Shown one piece after another: positions 44,501 to 52,900 of a stretch of DNA of 58,483 nt; the first letter of the stretch is position 1, and every line of letters begins with the position of its first letter. The DNA is from Pyrinomonadaceae bacterium (lineage in GTDB: Bacteria; Acidobacteriota; Blastocatellia; Pyrinomonadales; Pyrinomonadaceae). Location: contig DATCWB010000576.1 in assembly GCA_036566625.1 (NCBI GenBank), positions 1-58,483 of the forward strand, given 5' to 3'. The translations under genes were made by a program, and so were the position numbers. The notes under the pieces are model-generated. The model searched no databases. It saw nothing but the letters and a program-made list of their open reading frames with translations, and was not told where the DNA came from.

Positions 44501-46945
44501 CAAAACAGGCTGACGGATGTGACGAGTCCAATATGCCGGATCAGACGTTTCGCTCGACACAAGTTGTCCCGTCAATGCGGAAACGAAATCCAGGTTAGGC
44601 TCACGAAAGTCTATCGCTCCGGCCGCCGTTTGAAATGCGTCGAGGATGGGGTCGGTCAGCGGTGAGTGAAAAGCATGTGAAACCCGAAGTGGATTGGTGC
44701 GTACCCCCTGCCCGTGCAGCGATTCGGTCACCTTCGCCAGAGCCTGCATCGCGCCGGCGATCACGACGTGCTCCGCGCCGTTGACGGCCGCTATGGAAAT
44801 GCTTTCGGGGTAGTTGGTGATTGCGCTTTCGACCGTCGTCCGGTTCGCAAATACCGACACCATCCCGCCTCCCGCCGGAAGTTGTGAAAGGAGGCGCGCC
44901 CTCTGGGCGATTAAACGCAGGCCGTCTTCCGCGCTGAAGATACCGGCCACCGCCGCAGCCACGTACTCGCCGACACTGTGTCCGGCAACCGCGTCCGGTT
45001 CGATGCCCCATGATCGCCAGAGTTCGGCCAGGGCGTATTCCACAATGAACAGCGCCGGCTGCGTGTATGCCGTGTCGTCCAGCACACTCGCGTGGCCGTG
45101 GTCGGTTTCGGTGTCGGGATACAGGAGCCTCAGCAGCGGGATGTCGAATTCCGCTTGCAGCAGCCCGGCCAGCTTCTGCACGCGCTTACGGAAGACGGGT
45201 TCTGTATCGTAGAGTCCGCGACCCATGTTCGGGTACTGCGACCCCTGCCCCGTAAACAGAAAGCCTATCTTCGAGCTTCCCGTCCGGAGCGGTTCACCAC
45301 TGTCACCGGCCGCAAATTCTCGTAGCGATTTCTTCAACGACGCGGCGGTTCGTTGGCTAAAGAAAAGCCGACGCTCAAAGTGATTTCTGGAGACGGCGGC
45401 CGTCGCGCAGAAATCAGATAACTCGGCGTCGCCGATGTTCTCTAAACGCTCGGCGTATTGCCCGGCCAGTTCGCGCAAGGCTTTGTCGTTACGAGCCGAT
45501 AACGCCAGGCCGTGCCAGGATGAGACGGATTGCACAGGCTCAGGTTCGGCCTTCGTCGCGGGAGGGACAAACTCCTCGACCAGGACGTGGGCGTTGGTGC
45601 CGCTGAAACTGAACGAACTGACGCCGGCAATACGGGTTGACCGGCGTGTGTCCCAGGACATGTGCGCGGCAATTACTCGAATTGGCAACCTCTGCCAGTC
45701 GATGTTGGGGTTGGGACTGTCGAAATGGAGGCTTCGTGGCAGTTCCTTATTTTGCAGGCAGAGTATGGCCTTGATCAGGCCGGCGATTCCGGCGGCCGAT
45801 TCAAGGTGTCCCATGTTGCTCTTGACCGAGCCGATCCATAGAGGATTGTCCTCTGCACGATTGCCGAAGACAGCTCCCAGTGCGTCTACTTCGATTGGAT
45901 CGCCGAGGGATGTTCCCGTCCCGTGCGCCTCGATATAGCTAACCTGAGACGCTTGCAACCCCGCGTTTTTCAACGCGTCGCGAATAACCAACTGCTGGGC
46001 AGGCCCGTTGGGAACAGTCAGGCCGCTCGAACGTCCATCCTGATTGATTGCCGATCCGCGGATCAGTGCAAGGACGGGGTCGCCGGCCGACAAAGCATCG
46101 GAGAGCCGTTTAAGCACGACGATCCCGCAACCTTCCGCGCGGACGTAGCCGTTGGCGCGCGCGTCGAAACTCTTGCAACGGCCATCGGGCGAAAGCATTT
46201 GCGCCTGGGAAAAATTGATCGACATATCCGGCATCAACAGGTGGTTGACACCGCCGGCCAGCGCCATTTCGCTTTCGCCGGAACGCAGACTCTGGCACGC
46301 GGAATGGACGGCCACCAGAGACGAGGAGCAGGCGGTGTCCAGCGAAACGCACGGCCCTTTGAATCCGAAAAAATAGGAGAGTCGCCCCGAAGCGGAACTA
46401 TGGGCGTTGCCGGTTCCCATGTAGGCGTTGATGCGCTGTGGGTCGTCCTGACTGATGAACCGCAGGTAATCCGATCCCGAAATGCCGATAAAGACGCCCG
46501 TCCTGCTCTCGAAATGATCCAAAGGAGCCAGACGGGCGCGCTCCATGGCCTCCCAACTTACTTCGAGCAGCATCCGCTGCTGCGGATCGAGGCTCTCGGC
46601 TTCACGCGGCGAGATTTCGAAAAACGCTGCGTCAAAATTCTCACAACCTGCGATGAAGCCACCGTAACGGCTATGAATCTTTCCCGGCGTATCAGCCTTC
46701 GGATCGTACCAGGCTTCCACATCAAAGCGGTCGGCAGGCACCGTACAGATCGCGTCGCGCCCTTCACGCAGAAGTGCGAGAAACGATTCCGGGTCTTTCA
46801 CGCCCCCCGGAAACCGACATGCCATGCCGATGACCGCGATCGGCTCGGATCGTTCGCGTTCAAGCGCCTTGATCTTTTCATCTGCCCGTTCAAGCAACGA
46901 CAGGGCGTCTTGAAGCAGTTGATTGTCGTTTTGCGAATCGCTCAT
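35594..46945 (-). CDS. bimodular PKS: KS-AT-DH-cMT-KR-ACP-KS-AT-KR-ACP (3783 aa)
   Basis: Two complete KS (DTACSSS, DTACSSA) and two ATs (GHSVGE, HAFH). Also a DH (HRVFGQVILP), a C-MT (ILEVGAGMDGT), two KRs and two ACPs (GMDSL, GVDSL). The ATG lies 2 nt after the upstream stop. Confidence 0.95.
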   Translation of the reverse strand: MSDSQNDNQLLQDALSLLERADEKIKALERERSEPIAVIGMACRFPGGVKDPESFLALLREGRDAICTVPADRFDVEAWYDPKADTPGKIHSRYGGFIAGCENFDAAFFEISPREAESLDPQQRMLLEVSWEAMERARLAPLDHFESRTGVFIGISGSDYLRFISQDDPQRINAYMGTGNAHSSASGRLSYFFGFKGPCVSLDTACSSSLVAVHSACQSLRSGESEMALAGGVNHLLMPDMSINFSQAQMLSPDGRCKSFDARANGYVRAEGCGIVVLKRLSDALSAGDPVLALIRGSAINQDGRSSGLTVPNGPAQQLVIRDALKNAGLQASQVSYIEAHGTGTSLGDPIEVDALGAVFGNRAEDNPLWIGSVKSNMGHLESAAGIAGLIKAILCLQNKELPRSLHFDSPNPNIDWQRLPIRVIAAHMSWDTRRSTRIAGVSSFSFSGTNAHVLVEEFVPPATKAEPEPVQSVSSWHGLALSARNDKALRELAGQYAERLENIGDAELSDFCATAAVSRNHFERRLFFSQRTAASLKKSLREFAAGDSGEPLRTGSSKIGFLFTGQGSQYPNMGRGLYDTEPVFRKRVQKLAGLLQAEFDIPLLRLLYPDTETDHGHASVLDDTAYTQPALFIVEYALAELWRSWGIEPDAVAGHSVGEYVAAAVAGIFSAEDGLRLIAQRARLLSQLPAGGGMVSVFANRTTVESAITNYPESISIAAVNGAEHVVIAGAMQALAKVTESLHGQGVRTNPLRVSHAFHSPLTDPILDAFQTAAGAIDFREPNLDFVSALTGQLVSSETSDPAYWTRHIRQPVLFHSALNTLDELNCRLLLEIGPHPVLSGLAASNVSDSRRLCLPSLRRNGNDRRQCFESLGQLYVNGAHVNWARYYREHSGRRFDLPTYPFNRKRHWFKPSATRRAGSGVTPIGDDTAAGSCERLFRLDDFVGGHRVFGQVILPAAAFLEMALTAAHQGAQAERSALRDFRIHQAMPINADGAKRVKLVAAADEGNGDGYTFRGREENDPAGAWTTYAEVRIVLDSAEDLLPVEPLDDLRTRIVDEIPVREFYAQCRRRGLEYDADFQLIRQLLKRDRQALARIQLSERAATMRHERTLDTCTLDACFQVLMSLLPDAEDLRETWLPVGLKRLSVFRSPQAALWCHAELESSASTELRANIRLFDDSGQTIAVIEGLEARLASRKELTSDDFDLDEFLYRQTWERRGLIDPASSSAYLPAPAEIADALNYQLHESAALLKLDRCGNGLAELNRLSVSYITTAFRRLGCALRKGDRFAAGDLRVVGRQQAFLKRLLGILEEAGVLRRDGDGWTVTRTADDVNPNDANRVLREQYPEIATELTLTDRCGTALADVLSGSCEPLNELLFPQQEAITAASLFRDARGSQVFNRVMLAALEEVCRRVPGRRGLRILEVGAGMDGTISGLVPQLDGSRIEYHLADVSRATFTDIAAAGTQAIRQNLAGYTFINFLRLDIENDPEEQGFEIPGYDIVIAPNILHATMNLRRSVKHLRRLLAPGGLLLVVEGTAAQPWVDLVYGMTAPWWSFSDTDVRTHHPLIAPDRWAKLLLADGFGDVQSFVCEPAHQALMLASATGDLNRTEGKGEHWLLFGDEQGLGKELSDLLASDGTACTLVTPGSDFSRLDEKTFKINPGRSDDYHQLVETLVNAEISHCVYLWAADESALGARGDALPIASLRLCESTLYLTRVLAGASLAEPPRLAIVSRGAASVSGEALPGLAASPLWGLGKSIALEHPELRCLCIDLDAHVGADDARVIFDELRRPTEDQVASRGNERHVARIIRDGDATAPQVEFECHGDACYLITGGLGDLGLHAAEWLVNHGARNLMLVSRHSARPETSERLARLQDAGAQVTIRQADVSDRKQVAELFAEFSKTLPPLRGIIHAAGIFDDGSLQELTAARFATVLSPKVAGAWHLHEQSRDLPLDFFVAYSSAASLFGSAGQANYVSANAFLDALAAARRAEQLPAVSINWGGWAEIGHAARIGARSFLHNRGIGLLTPAQGAAALERALSCGHSQLGVVPVDWGRFFEAQHSVSPLFAVLAQSRGQSNGAPTIDDTPGILDSLESKSPKEVNAWLRQHVAQQVAAVLGLESADEVSDSRTFIQMGMDSLTSIELKNRLQKGLGQTLPATIAFDYPSVAPLAEYLATRVGDRLRPDASEEAASDASDLDELSDEQATTLLVRELEAIATHSNGSESLDATAPSLSPAKRALRALRASRNSVASSAGVAGLSNDPIAVIGMGCRFPGGADSPEAFWELLRAGRDAITEVPPDRWDVNAWYDPNPDTPGKINCRHGGFVHGCEGFDTAFFEITPREAKSLDPQHRMLLEVSWEALENSGLVPSEHAGTNTGVFIGITGNDYFSLVSGGDVERIDAYLGTGNAHSSASGRLSYFLGFKGPSISLDTACSSALVAVHTACQSIRTGECEMALAGGVNYLLRPEMSINFSKAHMLAPDGRCKAFDARADGYVRSEGCGIVVLKRLSSALAAGDPVLAVIRGSAVNQDGRSGGLTVPNGPSQSTVIRRALSVAGVAPEQVSYVEAHGTGTSLGDPIEVEALHGVFGDRAVDNPLWIGTVKSNIGHLESAAGVASLIKTILCMQGNEFVPSLHFETPNPHIDWDKLPIKVAAQRMFWHATNKRIAGVSSFSFSGTNAHLIVEEAPQPQAASTDSPPPPASRNHYGLALSAHNETALRELARRYAARLLELPDERLGDACATAAIFKDRFDYRLFLIGDSTDALRTALESFAAGQSCIAPGASGRVIARQNKTGVGFLFTGQGCQYPGMGRQLYDDEPVFREIVDRLAMSLDRKLKVPLLRVLFPEAGSSPAEPNLLNDTAYTQPALFVLEYALAELWRSWGVTPDVVAGHSVGEYVAAAVAGVFSPEDGLRLIAERGRLLSELPRDGAMFAIFAPEQIVAAAIDSHRARVSIAAVNGARHVVVSGERQAVALIVASLQARGITARELNVSHAFHSPLTDPVLELFRPVASSISYRRPEIGFVSCVSGNLVQDEVTNPEYWVSHVRMPVRFDLALKTLRNADGRLFVEVGPQPVLSSLAETESETETRPGTKAIFLPSLRPKVSDHRQCLETLGQLFVHGAAVDWSAYYRGRFERQTKLPTYPFQRQRHWFNSAELCYRAVWQEKPLERAVIADGTGQWLILADHEWPELSRSLEATGRRVIFASPGSGFQRLSDTRWSIESDSSDGHRRLLETVGKLEGIVYLWEPTADMEAASSGVGDFGLSRVVHLSRAVAALDSTPKLWLATRGATSAGSAELNSPFATALLGLGRCLFLEHPKCKGGLIDLDDFKGEDLANSVRDELLNPRGEDCVVWRDNQRYVSRLESYRPAESPTVRLSDDGAYLITGGCGALGLQVARFLAELGAGCLVLMSRSEPSDGSLNALRSLKERGCRVLSVRGDVTNKADVAALRDTLAANSFQLKGVVHAAGVNEQCSIEELKQPQLMGTLAPKIVGALNLHQLTETLHLDFFICFSSISAVWGSASQAHYAAANAFLDGFVEYRRGRGLPGLSINWGPWAGDGMSTLDGGSRVADGGLRLLRPEQALSTLGQLLASRESRVAVVDVDWTRLKNLYEVHGRRPLFDNFGGQTTPVAGTGQSPLVNDLRAMARSERFERLARQVQSLVSDVLRLDGDQVVEREVGFFDLGVDSLMAVQIKDRIQQLVGREFPSSLCFDYPTVAALVEHLLQQLFPESETDETDSHTLTNIRPAPQALLDECRVEDLLDEQIAALIDEEMKALNLE
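35762..40156 (-). other. PKS module 3: KS-AT-KR-ACP
   Basis: KS 38885-40156 (Cys2436 at nt 39638-39640). AT 37556-38554 (Ser2895; HAFH). No DH. KR 36266-37423 has no LDD motif, and Trp3522 lies eight residues before Tyr3530, which indicates an A-type KR. ACP 35762-35983 (Ser3691). Confidence 0.85.
40412..46846 (-). other. PKS module 2: KS-AT-DH-cMT-KR-ACP
   Basis: KS 45572-46846 (Cys206 at nt 46328-46330). AT 44291-45268 (Ser657; HAFH). DH 43346-44173 (HRVFGQVILP; LDACFQ). C-MT 42146-42808 (ILEVGAGMDGT; IVIAPNILHAT; LLAPGG). KR 40916-42103 (FDD, B-type-like; Tyr1976). ACP 40412-40648 (Ser2140). Confidence 0.85.
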
Positions 46946-46947
46946 TT

Positions 46948-49900
46948 TTAACCGTCATTCGGTCGATCCAAAGTATCTTTCAACGCGGCCATCCGCTCGG
47001 CCAGCAATTGGGTCAGGTCTGAACGCGAGTGGCTCTGTACCGACGGTCGCTCGGGTGCGACTCCGGCCGGTTCATCATTCGTCGCATCGTCATCTTTAAT
47101 CAGTCCCGTTGCCAGGAAATTCACCAACGTTTCCACGTTTGGGTAGTGAAAGGCCAGGGCTGCGGGCAGAGACTCACACAACCCCGCCTGGAGACGATTG
47201 CGAAGCTCCAGCGTGGCGAGCGAGTCCATGCCGAGCGACGAAAATCCGGCGCGCCTGTCAGTTAGTTCACGAGCCTCGACCCCCAGAACGGCGGCGACGT
47301 TTTCCTGCACGAATTTATCTAACAGGGCGCGGCGCCGTCCCGCCGGCGCGGCGTCAAGCCGGTCGCGGAACAATCGGTTTCCCTGTTGTGATTCTGTTTT
47401 CGGCCGGGCGAAAGCGCGTAACAGCGGCAAGCGTTGAAACAGGTCGGGTAGTTTTGAGAATTCGATTGTCGATACGCCCACTTGAACCGCCGTAGAGCGG
47501 ATCAGATCGTTCAGGTGTGACAGCGCCTGTTCGACGCTCAGTTTGCCGAACCCCTCCAACTGCCAGCGGTTCCCGGCATCTCCCCGAGAGGTGAGGCCGA
47601 CGGCGTCCCACTGTCCCCAGTTAATGCTGAGCGCGGGCAAGCCCCGTTGGCGGCGATACCAGGCCAGACCGTCGAGAAACGCGTTGGCCGCAGAATAGTT
47701 GGATTGGCCGGGCGATCCCGTGATTGAGGCCATCGAACTGCAAAGCAGGAAAAAGTCGAGAGCCAGATGTTGCGTCTGAACATGAAGGTTCCATGCGCCG
47801 CTCGTCTTCGGCTGTAGCACGCGAAGGAATTGCTCGGCGCGCTGGCGCATGATGATGGCGTCGTCCAGCAAGCCGGCGGCATGAATCACGCCCCTGAGCG
47901 GTGCGACCTCGGAATTGATGCGGGCGACCAGCGCGGCCACTTGCCCCGCGTCGGTCACGTCGAGTTGTTCAATAATGATCCGCGCGCGGCTTTGTCTCAG
48001 TTTTTGTAATTCCGGCTCTGCCGATTCCCGCACCGGGCGTCGGCCGGCCAGGATGATCGTCCCCGCCCCTTGTTCCGCAAGCCACTGCGCGAGCTTGAGT
48101 CCCACGCCGCCGAGTCCGCCGGTGATCAAATAGCAAGCGTCGCCACGAATCATGAACTGATCGTGACGCGCGGCAAACACACTCGGAAGTAGTCGGGCGA
48201 CGTGTCGGCGGCCGGCGCGATAAGCCACGCGATCCTCGCCTTCATTGGTCGATGCACCCGAGCGGGACAGAACTTCGTCAACCACGAACTTGAGGTCTTG
48301 TTCCGAACTGTCGAGAGCCAAGTCAACGAGTAACGTCCGCCATTCGGAATGCTCCAAAGATATGACGTTCGCCATTCCCCAGAGGGCGGACTTTGCCGGA
48401 TCGACCGGCTCGGTCGGATTACCTACCGGCTGGGCGTCGCGTGTGACCACGCAAAAAGAAGGGCCATTCACGGCTTCCAGTCGCGCGGCAGCCTGGACGA
48501 AGTTCAGCAGTCGGCCGCAATCACGCTCGGTCAATTCCGGCGGCGTGTCTGTTGCCGTGTCTGTGCCGGTCGTGCCTGCGGCGAGAGATAGGAACAGCAC
48601 CGCATCCAGTCGCTCCCCTTTTGTGACGGCGTCCAGCATTTTTCGGATGTCGTCAGGCCGGTCGAGATTCAAATAGAACTCGTCAGCGGCGGGATGTGCG
48701 AAGGATGTCGCTTGCAAACCCACGGTGCAAAACGCACCCGCGTGATGAAATCGTTCGACGACGCTCTCGGCCGACGCTTTGCAATCCGAAATGATGAGAT
48801 AGCGGCGGGCTTTCCCGGTCGAGGCCGTGGCGGGCGGCTTCAAATCTGCGGGTTTCCAGACAACCTGATAACGCTCGACCGCCGTCGGCGGAGCGGCGCC
48901 GATTGCTTCGCGGCTCGCTCGTCTCAACGTCAGTCCAACGATTCGCGCCAGCAACTCGCCCTGTTCGTCAAGCAACTCAACGTCTACTTGCGGGGTCGCC
49001 GAACCTCGTAGCTCGCGCTGTTGCACCTTGCAGAACGCGCGCCGGGTCGGCGTCGAACGGATTTCAAGCCGCTCGAATGAAAGCGGTAAATGCACGCCAC
49101 CCTCCGGCAGCGAGGCAACGGCTGTTTGCAACGCGCCGTCCAGCAAGATCGGATGAAGGCAATACCCGTCGTAGTCCGCCAGATGTTCCGGAACGGAGAT
49201 GGAGGAGTGTGTGGTGTCGTTGCCATGTTGGAACCACTCAATCGAGAAGAAAGCGGCTCCGAAATCCGCGCCCCACTCTCGACACTGCCGGTACCACTGT
49301 TGTCCCGGCACCGCGCCTGATGGTTGGCGCAAGTAATGTCCGTTCTGCGACGGAACGTGCGGCTGCCGGTGGTATGCCGACACGTTGCCGGACATGTGAA
49401 GCTTCCACTCGTCTTCGCCGCTCGATTCGTCAAGCGCGAGTATGCGAAATGCGGCCGTCTCGCCTTCGCCCGGATCGAGAATAAGCTGCACCGTACATCG
49501 CCCTGCCGGGGGCATAATCAATGGCCGGTGAATGGCGGCATCCTCGATCTTGACCGCGCTTGTTTTGAAATGCGCCGTCGCTGCGGCCAAAACCATTTCC
49601 AGCGTGGCCGCGGCGGGCGTGACGACAGCTTCGAAAACGCGATGATCCTTGAGCCACACGGGCGCATCGACACTTAGTTCGGATTCGTAAAGCGTAACCG
49701 CCGAACGAATCCGGCGGCCAAGTAACGGATGGCCGTTCGTCTTCGTCGAACGTAGTAACACGCTTTGCGATGTTGCTTCGGAGCTTGCCTCGCGAGTCGG
49801 CGCTTCCAGCCAGCACTGCCGTCGCTGGAATGCGTAGGTTGGGAGTCGCACCCGCCGCCGCCGGTAATCCCGGTCGAAGCCCTGCCAATCGACCGTGCAA

Positions 49901-52900
49901 CCCAGCAGATGGAGTTCCGAGACGCTTGCCAACAGGGAGTCCCAGTCGGAACGATTACGACGGCAACTGGGAAGCCATTTCGCATCGGGGCCGCTCCAGG
50001 TTTCGCGAGCCACGCTCAGCAAGGCCGGATGCGGGCCGAGTTCGACAAACAACGAATATCCCTGCCGCTCCAGATGCTTGATGCCGTCCATGAACCGGAC
50101 AGGTTCGCGTGCGTGTTCGCGCCAGAAGGCGGGCATCGTGATTTCGTCTCCGGCGGGCATCCCGTCGTGGTTGGAAATAACCGGAATTCTCGCGGGCGAA
50201 AACGAAATGGTCGCCGCCCGCTTTTCGAATTCGTCGAGCATCGGCTCTACGAGTCGTGAGTGGAAGGCGTGAGAGGTTGCCAGCATCTGCCACTTGACCC
50301 CCGCCGCATCCAGCCCCGACAGGACTTGTTCGAGCGCGCCCTGCGATCCGGAAATGACCGTGTTGCTCGGCGAATTGACAGCCGCAACGCTCACCAGCCC
50401 CTGACCACAAGCGAGCAGCGTGGCGATTTCATTTCGGTGCGCGTGAACCATTGCCATCGCGCCGCGCTCGGGCAACTCCTGCATGAGTCGTGCCCGCTCC
50501 GCCACTAGTGTCAGTCCGTCTTCCGCGCTGAAGACGCCCGCCACGCAAGCGGCGACATACTGGCCGACGCTGTGTCCGAGGCAGGCGGCCGGTTCTATCC
50601 CCCACGAACGCCACAGTTCGGCAAGCGCGTACTCGACGGCAAACAGGGCGGGCTGCGTGTAAGCCGTCTGGTTGATCAAGTCACCGCGTCCGTTGGTCGC
50701 CCCGTACCGCTCGGGATAGAGCAAGTGCAGCAACGGCACGTCGAGGATTTTGCTGAGAATCTCCTGGCAGCGTTCGATGGTGCGTCTAAACGTCGGTTGC
50801 GTCTCGAAGAGTTCGCGGCACATGCCCGCGTATTGCGCGCCCTGTCCCGTGAAGAGGAACACGACTCGCGGTTCCGCGCCTGCCACCGGCACGACCGGCG
50901 CACTGCCCTCCTGATGTTGCCGCAGTTTTTCGGCGAGCGCATTGCGCAGATCGGCCGTCGTCCTGCCACTTACCGCGAGCCGATAATCAAAATGATGACG
51001 GCCGGCATTTGCCGTGAAGCACACATCGCCGGCCTCCAACGCAGGATGCCTTCCCAGGTAGTCCACATAGCGCGACGCCTGTTGCCACAACGCCGCCTCG
51101 GTTTTCCCGGACAGCGTCAACAGATGACCCGAGCGTTCGAGTTCGTTCCCGCCGGCAGTTGGCCGTGGCGACTCTTCGAGGATCACATGAGCGTTGGTTC
51201 CGCCAATGCCCAGGGAGTTAACAGCGGCCAACCTTTTGCCGTTCGGAACCTGCCAGTCGATAAGTTCCGTGTTGATATAAAAAGGCGTGCTGTCGAAATC
51301 AATCGCGGGATTAGGCTTTTGGAAATGGAGGGTGGGCGGAATCTGCGCGTGATGCAACGCCAGCGCCGTCTTGATAAACCCTGCGACACCGGAAGCGATT
51401 TGCAGATGACCGACGTTGGTCTTGACCGAGCCGACGACGCAGGTTCCCGGCCGCGGTCGCTCGCCGCGGAATGCCTGATTGAGTCCTGCGATTTCAATCG
51501 GGTCGCCCAATTCCGTGCCCGTTCCGTGTGCTTCGACGTAAGAAATTGATTCGGGCGAGACGTTGCTCACGGCCAGGGCTTCGGCCGCGACCGACGCCTG
51601 GCCATCTCCGCTCGGAGACATGTAGCCGACCTTTGTGCCCCCATCATTGTTAATCGCCGTACCCTTGATGACGGCGTAAATGTGGTCGCCGTCGGCCACT
51701 GCGTCCCGCAGGCGTTTTAAGGCGACGACACCGACGCCGCTGCCAAAGATGGTTCCTTGCGCGCGAGCGTCGAAGGCTCGGCAATGCCCGTCGGGCGAGA
51801 CGATCATGCCGTCCTGAAAGAGGTGGCCTGCCTTTTGCGGAACCTTCACCGATGCACCGCCCGCGAGACAGATGTCGCATTCGCCGTCGAGCAGGCTGCG
51901 GCTGGCGAGATGAATCGTGACCAGGGTCGTCGAACAGGCCGTCTGGACGTTGACGGCCGGGCCCCGCAGGTTCAAACGATACGCGACCTGGGTCGGCAAA
52001 TAATCCTTGTCACTGCCGATCATCAATTGAAACCCGCCCAGCGAATCGAGAGTTGTGACGCCCAGATCGTCTCGCGTGTCGAGCGTGCCGCGATTGGGAT
52101 ACACCTGGTTCAATAAATAGGTGTTCATGCTGGCGCCGGCATAAATCCCGATCAGGCCGGGATAGCGCAAGGGGTCGTAACCGGCATCCTCCAGCACCTC
52201 CCAGGCGCATTCGAGGAACAGGCGCTGTTGCGGGTCCATCAGGACGGCTTCGCGCGTACTGAGACCGAAGAAGTCCGGATCGAAACCCGCGACATCCGCA
52301 AGCACGGAACTGGCTTTGACGTAGTTAGGGTCGCGGGCGGTGCGGGCGTCGATACCTGACCGCACAATCTCCTCATCGCTGAAAAACGTGATCGATTCCA
52401 CGCCGCGAGCTAGGTTGTTCCAGAAAGTTTCCACGTCGTCTGCGCCGGGAAACCGGCAGGACATTCCGATCACGGCGATGTCGGTTTCGTCCTCCGCCGA
52501 CGAACGCCTTGAGCGCCGCCGCTCGGCCTGAACGCGCCCGAGCGTTGCGGCGGTCGCGCACACCTCTTTGCCGCTGTCGAGGAACTGCGCGAGGCTCGAA
52601 ACCGTCGGATACTTAAACAAGTCAACCAGGGTGACGGGGCTGTCAAACTCATCTCTCAGCCTTCCATGCATCTGTACGAGCAGCAGCGAATGTCCGCCAA
52701 GCTCAAAGAAATTCCCATGCAGACTGACCTGGCCGACATCCAGAATCTCCTGCCAGATTCCAGCGATCTTCCGCTCCGTCTCCGTCGCCGGCGCGACGTA
52801 AGCTTCCCTGCCGCCCCCCGCTCTCTCAGCCACGGGCAGCATGTCGCGGTCGATCGCGCCCTCGGCCGTCAGGGGCAGTTCACCCAGATTCCGGTACAAC

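Noticed and set aside
45923-46951. 342-aa plus-strand ORF, along with many other 60-340-aa ORFs in the track (for example 50572-51549 +, 20179-20904 +, 2204-2857 +, 1387-1812 -).
   Set aside because: All lie antisense or out of frame inside genes whose translations carry dense, ordered PKS/NRPS catalytic motifs. Their own translations are Arg/Ala/Pro-rich and low in complexity, as expected for alternate frames of GC-rich DNA.
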